Shown: positions 38,387 to 48,069 of the stretch, one piece after another | Position numbering within the stretch: the stretch's first letter is position 1 | Layout: the number at the start of each line of letters is the position of its first letter | Assembly: GCA_030059665.1 (NCBI GenBank) | Contig: JANVYR010000003.1 | Span: 70,555 to 134,554, forward strand | Length of the DNA: 64,000 nucleotides | Direction of reading: 5' to 3' | Source: Candidatus Calditenuis fumarioli | GTDB taxonomy: Archaea; Thermoproteota; Nitrososphaeria_A; Caldarchaeales; Calditenuaceae | Notes under the pieces: model-generated | Told to the model about the DNA's origin: nothing | Database searches by the model: none | The model's input: the letters and a program-made list of their open reading frames with translations, nothing else | Translations under genes and position numbers: made by a program

Positions 38387-38919
38387 CCCGTCCTCAGTGC
38401 CCACCTGACCACCCACCTCCCCATCCGGTCCGAGAGGGGACCACGGGCCAGAAAGCGCATCGCCGCCCTCGAGACCGCGTAGCGCCCCTCACCTATCAGC
38501 CCGTGAGCCCTGACGGAATCCAGCAGACGGATCGCCTCGCGCCTCGGAAGCGGTTCGTCGCCCCTCAGGAATTGCGAGACGACGACGGCCGGGTGACACC
38601 TCTCTGGCAGCTGAGAGGGTAAGCGCCTCCTCTCGCGGAGCATCAGCAAGGCGGCAAGGGACGCGAGCGCGAGAGCGATCACCGCGTAACCGCCTAAGGT
38701 CCCGGCGATCGGAGAAGCCAACCTCGAACCCGATTCTCTCAGCGCACCGATAAAGTTTGTGCAACAATCGTCGGTAACGTGCAGTCGGAACCGGGCTCTA
38801 CCCCCTGCTTGATCCCCCTCAAAAGCGTCGTTGTCAGAGTATATCTGGGTGTTCACTCTTATGGGCCAGATGTCCCGGTCCGCTCCGCCACAGGAGGACA
38901 CGGTCAGGCTCGGGACCAT
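38383..38919 (-). CDS. Small membrane protein heading the moxR operon (start uncertain, probably shorter)
   Basis: One TM helix; its stop overlaps the moxR ATG (ATGA). Confidence 0.45.
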   Translation of the reverse strand: MVPSLTVSSCGGADRDIWPIRVNTQIYSDNDAFEGDQAGGRARFRLHVTDDCCTNFIGALRESGSRLASPIAGTLGGYAVIALALASLAALLMLRERRRLPSQLPERCHPAVVVSQFLRGDEPLPRREAIRLLDSVRAHGLIGEGRYAVSRAAMRFLARGPLSDRMGRWVVRWALRTG

Positions 38920-40327
38920 CGAGCCGCTGAGGAGGGCCGACCTCCCGAGGGTCGTGGGGCCTCTGGCGCTGCTCGGACCCGGTGTGGTCCTCGCGTCGTT
39001 CGGCTTCGGCTCCGGAGAGCTGATCTGGTGGCCCTACCTCACCGCGAAGTACGGGCTCGCGCTGGTCTGGCTCATGATCCCCGCAGGGCTGATGCAGTGG
39101 TGGATCAACTACGAGCTGGCGAGGTACGTGGTCCTGACGGGCGAGTCTCCATGGGCAGCTTACACCCGCATCTCACGGGTTTTCTCGCTCCTGTACTGGG
39201 CCTTCGCGATCGTCACGCTGGCCTGGTGGGGAGGGTACGCCTCCGCGGGAGCCACCGCGATAGCTGCGCTCACCGGCTTACCGCCTGGCTGGTCGGCGAG
39301 GGACCAGACGATCTTCTGGACGCTCATATCGATAGTCCTTTCGTACGCGGCCCTTCTGCTCTCGCGCACAGTCCACAGAATCGTCGAGCTGTTCATGTCC
39401 GCATGCATCGTGATCGGAGCCGGAGGAGTGATCGTCGTGGCCTTCCACCCAGCGGTCTCAGGACACTGGCCCGAGTTCGTTCGCGGCCTCTTCACGTACA
39501 ACCCGCTGCCGCCCAACTGGGATCCTGCTGACAACTCGATCCTGATCACCAGCATCGCCTTCCTCGGCCTCGGCGGGTTCTTCCAGCTGACGTACCCCAT
39601 GTGGCTTAGGGCAGTAGGTGCGGGAATGGCGGCCTACGTCCCGAAGCTCAAGAGCCCGATCACCGGGAAGCCGGAGCCGATACCCGCTACAGGCTACGTG
39701 CCCCGCGAGGACGAGGAGAACAGGCTCAGGTACAGGGGCTGGATGAGGGCCATAGCGATCAACAACACGTGGGGCGTCCTGGTCAACCTCTTCACGACGA
39801 TCCTGATGGCCTATCTGGCCTTCGCGATACTGCACCCTAAGGGCCTCTTCCCGGCAGGATACAGGATCGTGGTGGAGCAGGCGAACTTCTGGGGCGAGGT
39901 GTGGGGTGAGGTCGGCTTCAGGCTCTTCCTGCTCGTGGGAGCTGCGCTGATCGTGGACACGTACATCGTCATCCTCGACTGGGTGCCGCGGCTCTACGCG
40001 GACGTCCTCCAGACCAACTTCGCCTGGGCCCGCAGGGTACCTTACACCCGGTGGTACTACGGGCTGGCGACGTTCTTCGCGATCTGGACGGCCGTGACGG
40101 TATTCCTCGCGCAGCCCGGCGAGCTGATAGTCTGGGGAGGGGTGCTGAACTTCCTCGCATGGCCGATAATGCACGTCGTTGCTATCTACGTCAGCTACCG
40201 GATGCTGCCCAGAGCTGTCAGGTGGGCTCGACCGAGCCTGATCTGGCTGGCGGTCGGCCTGACCATAACCGCGGTGTACACGTACCTCGCCATCTGGTAC
40301 ATCGGGGTGACCTTCAAGCTGTTCTGA
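38861..40327 (+). CDS. Nramp-related (APC superfamily) transporter
   Basis: GPGVVLASFGFGSGELIWWP; about 11-12 TM helices; lacks the Nramp DPGN motif. Confidence 0.7.
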   Translation: MGQMSRSAPPQEDTVRLGTIEPLRRADLPRVVGPLALLGPGVVLASFGFGSGELIWWPYLTAKYGLALVWLMIPAGLMQWWINYELARYVVLTGESPWAAYTRISRVFSLLYWAFAIVTLAWWGGYASAGATAIAALTGLPPGWSARDQTIFWTLISIVLSYAALLLSRTVHRIVELFMSACIVIGAGGVIVVAFHPAVSGHWPEFVRGLFTYNPLPPNWDPADNSILITSIAFLGLGGFFQLTYPMWLRAVGAGMAAYVPKLKSPITGKPEPIPATGYVPREDEENRLRYRGWMRAIAINNTWGVLVNLFTTILMAYLAFAILHPKGLFPAGYRIVVEQANFWGEVWGEVGFRLFLLVGAALIVDTYIVILDWVPRLYADVLQTNFAWARRVPYTRWYYGLATFFAIWTAVTVFLAQPGELIVWGGVLNFLAWPIMHVVAIYVSYRMLPRAVRWARPSLIWLAVGLTITAVYTYLAIWYIGVTFKLF

Positions 40328-40342
40328 TGGGGGATCCGACCG

Positions 40343-41089
40343 TTGAGAAGCCCGTTCGACCTGACAGGCAGGAAGGCGCTCGTCATCGGTGCAGCCTCGG
40401 GGATCGGCAGGGCTGTGGCGATGGGGCTGAAGGAGCACGGCGCGTACGTGATAGCTGCTGACCTCAACGTCAAGGCGCTCGATGGTGTAGGGGACGAGCA
40501 GAGGTTCTGCGACGTGACCGATGTCGGCTCGCTGAGGGAGCTGTACAGGGACATCGGTGAGCTTCACGTTCTTGTAGTGACACCGGCGATCAACATCCGG
40601 AAGAAAATTGAGGACTACACCTACGAGGAGTTCAGAAGGGTTGTGGAGGTCAACCTCTTCGGGACCTTCGCAGCCGTCAAGGAGGGTCTGGATGCCCTGA
40701 AGCGGGCGGGGAGGTCGAGCGTCGTCCTCTTCTCATCGGTGAGGGCTGTCACGGTCGAACCGGGTCAGGGCCCGTACGCCGCAACGAAGGCCGCGATCGT
40801 GCAGCTGGTGAAGGCTATGGCCGTCGAGTTCGCGCCCTACGGAATCAGGGTGAACGCCGTGGCACCGGGGATCGTCGACACGCCCTTCACTGAGCAGATC
40901 AAGAAAAGGCCCGAGTGGGCAAGGGCTTACGCCGAGAAGACCGCGCTGAGGAGGTGGGCATCGCCCGAGGAGGTGGTGGGAGCGGTGGTCTTCCTGGCCT
41001 CGGATGCCTCCAGCTACGTCACGGGCACCGTGATCTACGTGGACGGAGGTTGGACTGCCATAGACGGGAGGTTCGATCCTTTCGCGTGA
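40343..41089 (+). CDS. Classical SDR oxidoreductase
   Basis: GAASGIG, YAATK, GIRVNAVAPG, YVTGTVIYVDGG. Confidence 0.92.
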   Translation: MRSPFDLTGRKALVIGAASGIGRAVAMGLKEHGAYVIAADLNVKALDGVGDEQRFCDVTDVGSLRELYRDIGELHVLVVTPAINIRKKIEDYTYEEFRRVVEVNLFGTFAAVKEGLDALKRAGRSSVVLFSSVRAVTVEPGQGPYAATKAAIVQLVKAMAVEFAPYGIRVNAVAPGIVDTPFTEQIKKRPEWARAYAEKTALRRWASPEEVVGAVVFLASDASSYVTGTVIYVDGGWTAIDGRFDPFA

Positions 41090-41110
41090 AAACCCAACAG
41101 CTTCTCCGCT

Positions 41111-41383
41111 TCAGGGAACTCCTCCGTGTATCATCGGCACAATCGATATGACGTCCTCGTCCCTAACTGTGACCCTGTACCCGTGTACGGTTCTGGCGTC
41201 GACGCCGTTCACCAAGATGAGCAGACCGGGCCTTATCGAGCCGTACTCGTCGATCACCAGCTCACGCACGCCCTCCGGAAGGAGCTTCAGCGCGTCCTTC
41301 AGCGACAGCTCCCCCTCGACCTTGACCTCGATCGTCCCGGAACCCGCGGCCCGCTTGAGGTGGCTGAACAGCTCGACCCTCAT
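41111..41383 (-). CDS. MoaD/ThiS/SAMP ubiquitin-like protein ending GG-VP
   Basis: MRVELFSHL..., ILVNG.D, DEDVISIVPMIHGG-VP-stop. Confidence 0.85.
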   Translation of the reverse strand: MRVELFSHLKRAAGSGTIEVKVEGELSLKDALKLLPEGVRELVIDEYGSIRPGLLILVNGVDARTVHGYRVTVRDEDVISIVPMIHGGVP

Positions 41384-41484
41384 CCGGCCCGGAGAAGCAC
41401 CGACCGGGTTAAAACCGTCTCGTACCCGAGTCTTGGAGATCTTAAGCCGGTTCGGGTTGAAGCCCCTCCAGAACCGCCGAAGGA

Positions 41485-42435
41485 TCACACGTAGTGCGCC
41501 TTGACCCAGTTCAAGACGTCGAGGACGCCGCTCCGGAAGTCGTACGCGGGGTTGAAGCCCAGCTCGGTTTTGGCTCTGCTGATGTCCGTCGCGTACCTCG
41601 TCGGCCTCTGGACCTCCTTCACCGTTATGTTGTCCAGCGGCTTCCTCAGCTCGGTCCTGAGAACCTCGAGCGCCTCCCTCAGCGAGTTTATCGTTCCGGT
41701 ACCGATGTTGAAGATCCTGTGAGCGAGGTTCTTCGCGTGGACTGCGAGCACACAGGCCCTTGCAGCGTCCTTCACGTGAAGCCACTCGGACCTGTACTCC
41801 TCAACCGTCATCGGTTCGTTCCTCAGCGCAGCGCGGCACATGTCCCTGATGACGCTCGCGAGTCCCATCGCCCCAGACCATCCCCCGTACACCGTAGGGA
41901 GCCTGAGAGCGACGAAGTCGACGCCGTAGATGTGGTGGTAGTTCAGGCCGAGCAGCTCGCTGGCGAGCTTCGTGGTCCCGTAAACGCTGCCAGGTACCGT
42001 GGGATCGTCCTCCCTCACCAACCCGTCAGCCGGTGGAGTGTACTTGACGTAAGGGTTCAGCATCGAGTACACGTTGCCGGAGCTGGTGTAGACGACCTTC
42101 TTCGCGTCGGTGAGCCTGGCGACCTCGAGGACGTTTGCGGTCCCTAGAACGTTTACCCTCACAGCGTTCACCGGGTTCTCCCTCGCCCCAGCTATCAGGA
42201 CAGCTGCAGTGTGGACGATCGCCTCGACGCCGTTCTCTTTGACCGCCTTCGTCAGCGTGTCCAAATCGAGCACGTCGCCCTTGACCTGCTTGACCTTCGA
42301 GAGGTCGCCGACCACCTGGGATATCGCCTGTGGGTTCTCGAAGAACCCGTAAAAGACGACCTCATCCCCCCTGTCTAGGAGCTGCCTCACGACGTGGCTT
42401 CCGATGAAACCTGTTCCGGTTACGAGCACCCTCAT
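41485..42435 (-). CDS. NAD-dependent epimerase/dehydratase (extended SDR)
   Basis: VTGTGFIGSH, NVLGT.NVLE, YTSS, YGTTK. Confidence 0.9.
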   Translation of the reverse strand: MRVLVTGTGFIGSHVVRQLLDRGDEVVFYGFFENPQAISQVVGDLSKVKQVKGDVLDLDTLTKAVKENGVEAIVHTAAVLIAGARENPVNAVRVNVLGTANVLEVARLTDAKKVVYTSSGNVYSMLNPYVKYTPPADGLVREDDPTVPGSVYGTTKLASELLGLNYHHIYGVDFVALRLPTVYGGWSGAMGLASVIRDMCRAALRNEPMTVEEYRSEWLHVKDAARACVLAVHAKNLAHRIFNIGTGTINSLREALEVLRTELRKPLDNITVKEVQRPTRYATDISRAKTELGFNPAYDFRSGVLDVLNWVKAHYV

Positions 42436-42480
42436 GTTTCGGTTCGAAGACGGATCAGACATATATCAACCGTTTGCGGA

Positions 42481-43701
42481 TTACGACCTCTCGTATCCGA
42501 GGCGAAGCATTATGAACGCAGCCGGCAAGCTCACACATCCCATTACGAGGAAAGCGACGCTGAAACCGTAGTTCTGGATGAGATAGCCGACGAAGGCGGT
42601 CCAAAAGGACGCGGCCACGAACCCGGTGGTGAAGAAGACTCCGAATGCGGAGTTCCTCGTGACGTCGTCGCTTATGCTGGAGAGGTAGCTCTGAAGCGCC
42701 ACCACGACCTCTAGCGAAACGAACCCCATCACCACGATCATCGCGATCAGGAGTGTGCCTGAGAGGCCGAAAACCCCGAGGTAGACGAGAAGCGCTGACG
42801 TGAGGAGCGTCGACATCGCTGCGAGCGCCATCTTGTTTGTGCGCTCTCCCAACCATCCGAAGACGATCGTGCCCAGGGACCCGGCAGCAAGGAAGGCGCT
42901 GACGACCATCGCGCTGGTTCCGACGTCAAACCCTTTGACGCTCACCAGGTAGATGGGGAGGTACGTGATCCAGAGGTTGAGGCCGCGGGCGGCCGTAACG
43001 AGCACCTGCGAGAGGTTGATCAGAGCGTACCTGGAGTCGACGAGCGAACGAGCCAGCGACTCCTTCACTCCGGAGCTGCGGGGAGCCCCATTCGGATCGG
43101 CCCTGAAAATCGGAGTTTGCCTGCGAGCTGATATAGCGAAGAAGGACGCCAGCAGCAGCTGTGGAATCCCTACCAGCGCGAACGCCATCCGCCATCCGAG
43201 GTTTGTTGCCAGATAGGTCGCCAGCAGAGGCCCGACCATGTTTCCGACGTATGCGATGCCCATGTGAACCGAAAGCGCGAACCCGCGCTTTCCGTCACGG
43301 TAACTCTCCGAGATCATGGAAGAAGCGACTGGGTGCTGCGGCGCAGATCCCACCCCCCAGAGGAACCTCAGCGCCAGAACGTCCACGAATCCCCTGACCG
43401 CGAAGGCCATCGCGCTGGAGACCGCCTGAAGGGCGTTGCCCAGCGACATGATCAGGTTCTTCCTCACGAAGTTGCTGAGGACCGCGAACGCCATCTGGAA
43501 GACGCCGGAGGTGAGCTGGGCCGTGGCAGAGAGGAGTCCCACCTGAACGGTATCGAGTCCAAGCTCACGTGCCACCACCGTGGGTATGAGGAAGGACATC
43601 ACGGTCATGCTCAGATGGTTCAGTAGGTGGGAGGCGCTGACAGACGCAAGAACTCGGCCACCCTCGGCCCCTCCGCTCTTGCTTACCTTCTCCTGCATCA
43701 T
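42481..43701 (-). CDS. MFS transporter
   Basis: 12 TM helices; HPVASSMISE...RGFALSVH; GWLGERTNK loop. Confidence 0.88.
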   Translation of the reverse strand: MMQEKVSKSGGAEGGRVLASVSASHLLNHLSMTVMSFLIPTVVARELGLDTVQVGLLSATAQLTSGVFQMAFAVLSNFVRKNLIMSLGNALQAVSSAMAFAVRGFVDVLALRFLWGVGSAPQHPVASSMISESYRDGKRGFALSVHMGIAYVGNMVGPLLATYLATNLGWRMAFALVGIPQLLLASFFAISARRQTPIFRADPNGAPRSSGVKESLARSLVDSRYALINLSQVLVTAARGLNLWITYLPIYLVSVKGFDVGTSAMVVSAFLAAGSLGTIVFGWLGERTNKMALAAMSTLLTSALLVYLGVFGLSGTLLIAMIVVMGFVSLEVVVALQSYLSSISDDVTRNSAFGVFFTTGFVAASFWTAFVGYLIQNYGFSVAFLVMGCVSLPAAFIMLRLGYERS

Positions 43702-45645
43702 CTACTGGGGCCTCTCCGGAACGCGTGGGTTATCAACCCTATACGAGTCGCTGGAGACGACCTTCTTCAGCTCCTCCACGACCGATTCGTCCTCGATGTT
43801 CGAGTAGTCCGGCAGCTCTGATCCCCTGACCAGGGCACGCACCAGTCCGCGCATAAGCTTGCCGGTTCTGGTCTTGGGCAGTGCGTTAACGAAGTATACG
43901 CGCCTGAGATCTGCAATGGCACCGAACCGCCTCCTCACCTCCTCCACGATCCTGCGCTCCAAATCAGGACCCGGCTCCCTTCCGCTCTTAAGGACCACGA
44001 AAGCCACCGGGACCTCGCCCTTCACGGGATCCGGCCCACCTACCACCACGACCTCCGCGACCTCCTCGAGACCTGCGATGACCGACTCTATCTCCGCCGC
44101 ACCGATCCTGTGACCCGAGACCTTCAGCGTCTCGTCGGCCCTTCCGAGCAGGTAGAAGTAACCGTCCTGATCCAGGTAGGCTAGGTCCCCGATCCTGTAT
44201 CGGTCCTTGTACTTGCTCCAGTACTCCTCCACGTACCTCGGGTGATCGGACCAGATGGTCGGAGTGAGGCTCGGAATCGGGCGCTCGAGGACCATCTCCC
44301 CCTTCTCTCCGACCCCCACTGGCGTTCCGTCGTCCCGGACGACCCTCACCTCCATTCCGGGGAGGGGAAATCCGCAGGATCCCGGCCTGATGCGAAGGTC
44401 CTTAGTGACGCCGAACGGATAGGTGACCAGCATGCACCCCGCCTCTGTCTGGCCCATGTGGTCCACCAGCACCGCGCCATCCGGGAGGACGTGCTCCTCG
44501 AACCACTTCCTTACAGGTGGAGTTAGTACCTCACCACCGCAGAGGACCAAACGGAGGCTGCTGAGGTCGTGGCCTCGCACCGACTCGGGCCCGTGTTTGA
44601 TCTGGATCCTGATGGCGGTGGGCGACGTCCACAACAGCGACACCCTCTCCCTCTCGACGATCCTCCAGAGCACCCCGGCATCGGGGTAATCGATGGCGCC
44701 CTCGTAAAGGACCGTGGTGCAGCCCAGCATGAGAGGAGCGTAGACGGCGTAGGACGTGCCCCCTATCCAGCCGATGTCTGAGAGGCAGAGATTGACGTCG
44801 TCGGACGACATCCCGCAGGTCATCAGCGTGGCGCCGATCACTCCGACCTGGTAACCGCCGTGGACGTGGACGATTCCCTTGGGCTTGCCGGTGGTCCCGG
44901 AGGTGAAGTTGATGAAGGCCGGCTCGTTCGACTCCAGCGCCTCCGCTCTCACCGGACTCCCCAACCGATCCACCACCTCGCTCAGCGGAACGTCCCGATC
45001 CTTCCTCAGCGACGACGCCCCCTCGCGGGATCTTATGTTGACGATCACTTTGGTCTTGATGCGTGACGCTGCGAGCGCCTCGTCCAGAGTTCTCTTCAGC
45101 TCTATGGCTCTCCCCCGTCGGTAAGCGACGTCTGAGGTGACGATGACCTTAGGCTGAACCTCGATCAACCTCTTGGCCAACGCCTCTGGGCCGAAACCCG
45201 AGAAGAAGTTGACGTGTATCGCTCCTATGCGGATTGAAGCCAGCATAGTTACAAGCGCCTCTGGCACCATCGACATGTAGATCCCAACCCTGTCCCCTTT
45301 TCCGACCCCGAGCTCCCTCAGCGCGCCGGCCAACCTGCTGACTTGGTCGAGGAGCTCGCCGTAGGTAATGACGCGTCTCTGCTGCGCGCCTTCCGACCAC
45401 CAGACGATCGCGGGCTTACCGGACTGGCCATCCCGCACGTGCCTGTCCACGCAGTTGTGGCAGAGGTTCGTCCTGCCGCCGGTAAACCACCGGAACCTGA
45501 CCTCCTTCTTGTCCCAGTTGAAGGGGTCGTGCCACCTCTCGAACCACTCGACATGTCGCGTGAAGCCCTCCCAGAACCCTACGTAATCGGACCGCGCCCA
45601 CTCGTAGAGCTCCTCCAGGCTACGGCCCAATACTCCCATCTTCAA
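43702..45645 (-). CDS. AMP-forming acyl-CoA synthetase (Acs-like), probably not acetate-specific
   Basis: FTSGTTGKPKG, GQTE, YRIGD, GRADETLKVSGHRIG, PKTRTGKLMR; DHMGQTE in place of Acs DTWWQTE. Confidence 0.85.
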   Translation of the reverse strand: MKMGVLGRSLEELYEWARSDYVGFWEGFTRHVEWFERWHDPFNWDKKEVRFRWFTGGRTNLCHNCVDRHVRDGQSGKPAIVWWSEGAQQRRVITYGELLDQVSRLAGALRELGVGKGDRVGIYMSMVPEALVTMLASIRIGAIHVNFFSGFGPEALAKRLIEVQPKVIVTSDVAYRRGRAIELKRTLDEALAASRIKTKVIVNIRSREGASSLRKDRDVPLSEVVDRLGSPVRAEALESNEPAFINFTSGTTGKPKGIVHVHGGYQVGVIGATLMTCGMSSDDVNLCLSDIGWIGGTSYAVYAPLMLGCTTVLYEGAIDYPDAGVLWRIVERERVSLLWTSPTAIRIQIKHGPESVRGHDLSSLRLVLCGGEVLTPPVRKWFEEHVLPDGAVLVDHMGQTEAGCMLVTYPFGVTKDLRIRPGSCGFPLPGMEVRVVRDDGTPVGVGEKGEMVLERPIPSLTPTIWSDHPRYVEEYWSKYKDRYRIGDLAYLDQDGYFYLLGRADETLKVSGHRIGAAEIESVIAGLEEVAEVVVVGGPDPVKGEVPVAFVVLKSGREPGPDLERRIVEEVRRRFGAIADLRRVYFVNALPKTRTGKLMRGLVRALVRGSELPDYSNIEDESVVEELKKVVSSDSYRVDNPRVPERPQ

Positions 45646-45701
45646 CTGTGAAAACCCGAAAACACCAATTATTATTAATTGCTCGGAACGGTCTGACTAA
45701 G

Positions 45702-46934
45702 TTACTTCTCGGGGACGTAGGGTTGAAGCGGCTTCGAAGTGTAAAGCGTCTCGATCCACCAGTTGGCGCTGGGGTTAACGCCGGACGGAGGCGCCTTCTT
45801 CACCAGCGTCACCATACGCAGCGTCGCCTCCTTCAGCTCTCCCCACTCGGTGTAGGACAGCGGCCAGGCGAAGATCGGGTGCTCGTACCTGCTGCTCCTG
45901 ATGTAATCCGCGATCTTAACGGGATCGGTTGACCTGGTCTTCTCTATGGCGTTCGCGATCAAGTACGCGGTGACGTAACCGGTCGCAGCGCGCATGTCCA
46001 TCCACTTGTTGTACCGCTGGTAGAACTTCTGGGCGATGCTAAGGTATTCGGGCGAGTCCCAGTTGATGCAGGAGAACTCCACGACCCTGTTGTACGCTGC
46101 CTCACCTATCAGGTCGATGTAGAGCGGGTACGAGGCGAAGGCACCGATGAAGTACTTGCTATTGAAGCCCATTTCAACGGCCTGCTTGATCAACGTCTGG
46201 ACGCCCGGTGGGTGACCGAGGCCCGAGAGCAGCTCCGGGTTCAGTGGCTGAAGCTTTCGGAGGTAGGCCGTGAAGTCCCTCTCGCCCGGCGGTGCCTCCT
46301 CCTGCTGGAGCGTCACACCGGGAAGCGGCTTGACCAGCCTGTCGTACGCGTCCTTGACCTTAAGCCCCCACTCGTATGAAGCGACGACGCTGGCCACCGT
46401 CTTAATGCCTTTGGCCTGAATGAACTCGGCGACGGCCTGGACCACCATAGGTGCTGCCGGAAGGCACGTCCTGAACGCGAACCTCGTCGACTTGGTCAGG
46501 AGGCCGGGCGAGCCGGCGGTCTGGAAGAAGACCGGGACCTTGTACTTCTCAGCCTCTGGGACCACGGCCGCCGCTATCCCGCTCGAGTCAAGCCCCACCA
46601 CCGCGACCACCTTATCGACCTCAACCAAGCGCTGGAAAGCTGCGACGGCCTCCTTCGCGTCGTTCTTGTCGTCGTAAACGATCAGCCTCAGCTTAGCCCC
46701 GAGCACACCGCCCTTTTCGTTGATCTCGTCCAATGCCAGCTGGAACCCCAGTGGGTAGTTGGAGCCGAGCTGGGCGAAGGGCCCTGTCAGAGGAACTATC
46801 GCGCCAATCCTGACCTCCTCCACTCCAAGACCTCTGCCGCCCATCGACAGGAAAGCGAAAGACCCTGCTGCTATCGCAACGATTACAACCGCGACGATAG
46901 CGATAACGACCGCTCTCTTCACAAGTGGGCTCAC
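45702..46934 (-). CDS. ABC substrate-binding protein, LivK/branched-chain amino acid family
   Basis: N-terminal TM anchor, IGAIVPLTGPFA, INEKGGVLG, DDKND. Confidence 0.88.
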   Translation of the reverse strand: MSPLVKRAVVIAIVAVVIVAIAAGSFAFLSMGGRGLGVEEVRIGAIVPLTGPFAQLGSNYPLGFQLALDEINEKGGVLGAKLRLIVYDDKNDAKEAVAAFQRLVEVDKVVAVVGLDSSGIAAAVVPEAEKYKVPVFFQTAGSPGLLTKSTRFAFRTCLPAAPMVVQAVAEFIQAKGIKTVASVVASYEWGLKVKDAYDRLVKPLPGVTLQQEEAPPGERDFTAYLRKLQPLNPELLSGLGHPPGVQTLIKQAVEMGFNSKYFIGAFASYPLYIDLIGEAAYNRVVEFSCINWDSPEYLSIAQKFYQRYNKWMDMRAATGYVTAYLIANAIEKTRSTDPVKIADYIRSSRYEHPIFAWPLSYTEWGELKEATLRMVTLVKKAPPSGVNPSANWWIETLYTSKPLQPYVPEK

Positions 46935-46974
46935 GATTCACGAATATTTAGCATTTACCTGCCACCATATTTAC

Positions 46975-47017
46975 TACCCTCAACAATTGAAGCTCCAAAC
47001 ACGCTCCGTTGAGGGTA
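46975..47017. promoter_or_regulatory. 10-bp perfect inverted repeat TACCCTCAAC-N23-GTTGAGGGTA upstream of the livK-like gene
   Basis: Read directly from the sequence; function (operator or terminator hairpin) unknown. Confidence 0.4.
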
Positions 47018-47085
47018 ATACTGTAGCATCTCGTTTCTCAATTGCTGGATGACTTCAGAGATGAACCGGGAGTCGCGGATGGGTG

Positions 47086-47844
47086 CTAGGCGGTCACCTT
47101 GGCGGCGTTCCTGAGCAGGTCCCAGAGTCGAGACCTGACGCGCTGCACCTCGGGCGACTCGGGATCACGCGGCCGATCCGCATCGACCTCTAGAACGTCG
47201 ATCACCCTGCCCGGCCTGGCGCACATGACCGCTATCCTGTCCGAGAGGAGAGCTGCCTCCGAAAGGCTGTGCGTGACGAAAACTATCGTCTTCTTTGTAA
47301 GCATCCAGATCTTGGTCAGCTCGATCCCAAGCTGGAGCCTGGTCTGCTCGTCTAACGCGCCGAAGGGCTCGTCCATCAGCAGTATCGAAGGGTTCACCGC
47401 GAGAGCCCTAGCGATCGAGACGCGCTGCTGCATCCCGCCAGAGAGCTCGGACGGATACATCTTCTCGAAGCCCTGGAGCCCGACGAGCTGGAGCATCTCC
47501 TTAGCCCTTTTGATCCGTTCCCTCTTCTCTACGCCCATCATCTCCAAGCCGAAGGCTACGTTGTCCAGAACGGTCCTCCAGGGCAGCAGCAACGGCTGCT
47601 GGAAGACGTAGGCCATCATGCCGGGTAAAGGTCGGGTGACCTCGGTGCCGTTGACGAAGACCCTTCCTGCGGTGGGCCTGATGAGCCCAGCGATGATGTT
47701 GAGGAGCGTTGATTTGCCGCAGCCCGATGGTCCTATGATCGTGAAGAACTCGCTCTTCCTGACCTCAAGGTTGACGTCCCTCAAGGCTTCGACGACGACC
47801 TCGCCCACCTGGTACCTGTGGGTTACGTTCTCCACCCTCAACAT
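47086..47844 (-). CDS. ABC ATP-binding protein, nitrate/sulfonate (SsuB/TauB) type
   Basis: GPSGCGKST, VFQQPLLLPW, LSGGMQQRV, LMDEPFGALD. Confidence 0.9.
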   Translation of the reverse strand: MLRVENVTHRYQVGEVVVEALRDVNLEVRKSEFFTIIGPSGCGKSTLLNIIAGLIRPTAGRVFVNGTEVTRPLPGMMAYVFQQPLLLPWRTVLDNVAFGLEMMGVEKRERIKRAKEMLQLVGLQGFEKMYPSELSGGMQQRVSIARALAVNPSILLMDEPFGALDEQTRLQLGIELTKIWMLTKKTIVFVTHSLSEAALLSDRIAVMCARPGRVIDVLEVDADRPRDPESPEVQRVRSRLWDLLRNAAKVTA

Positions 47845-48069
47845 TTGAGGCCGACCCCAATTCTCCGAAAAGCGGTTGTTTATAGCTTTTAGCCGCGAAG
47901 GATCGTATGTTGACATGAACAGCGAGAGCTACTCGCCATCAACCTAATCGGATCGATTGGAGAAGCGGAAAATTTGAAAGCGGATTACTGGAGAACGACC
48001 CACCTGTGGAGCAACCTCAAAATGTGAAGGTGAAGGGTTAACCGCAACGGTACTCCGCCATGTGACGAG

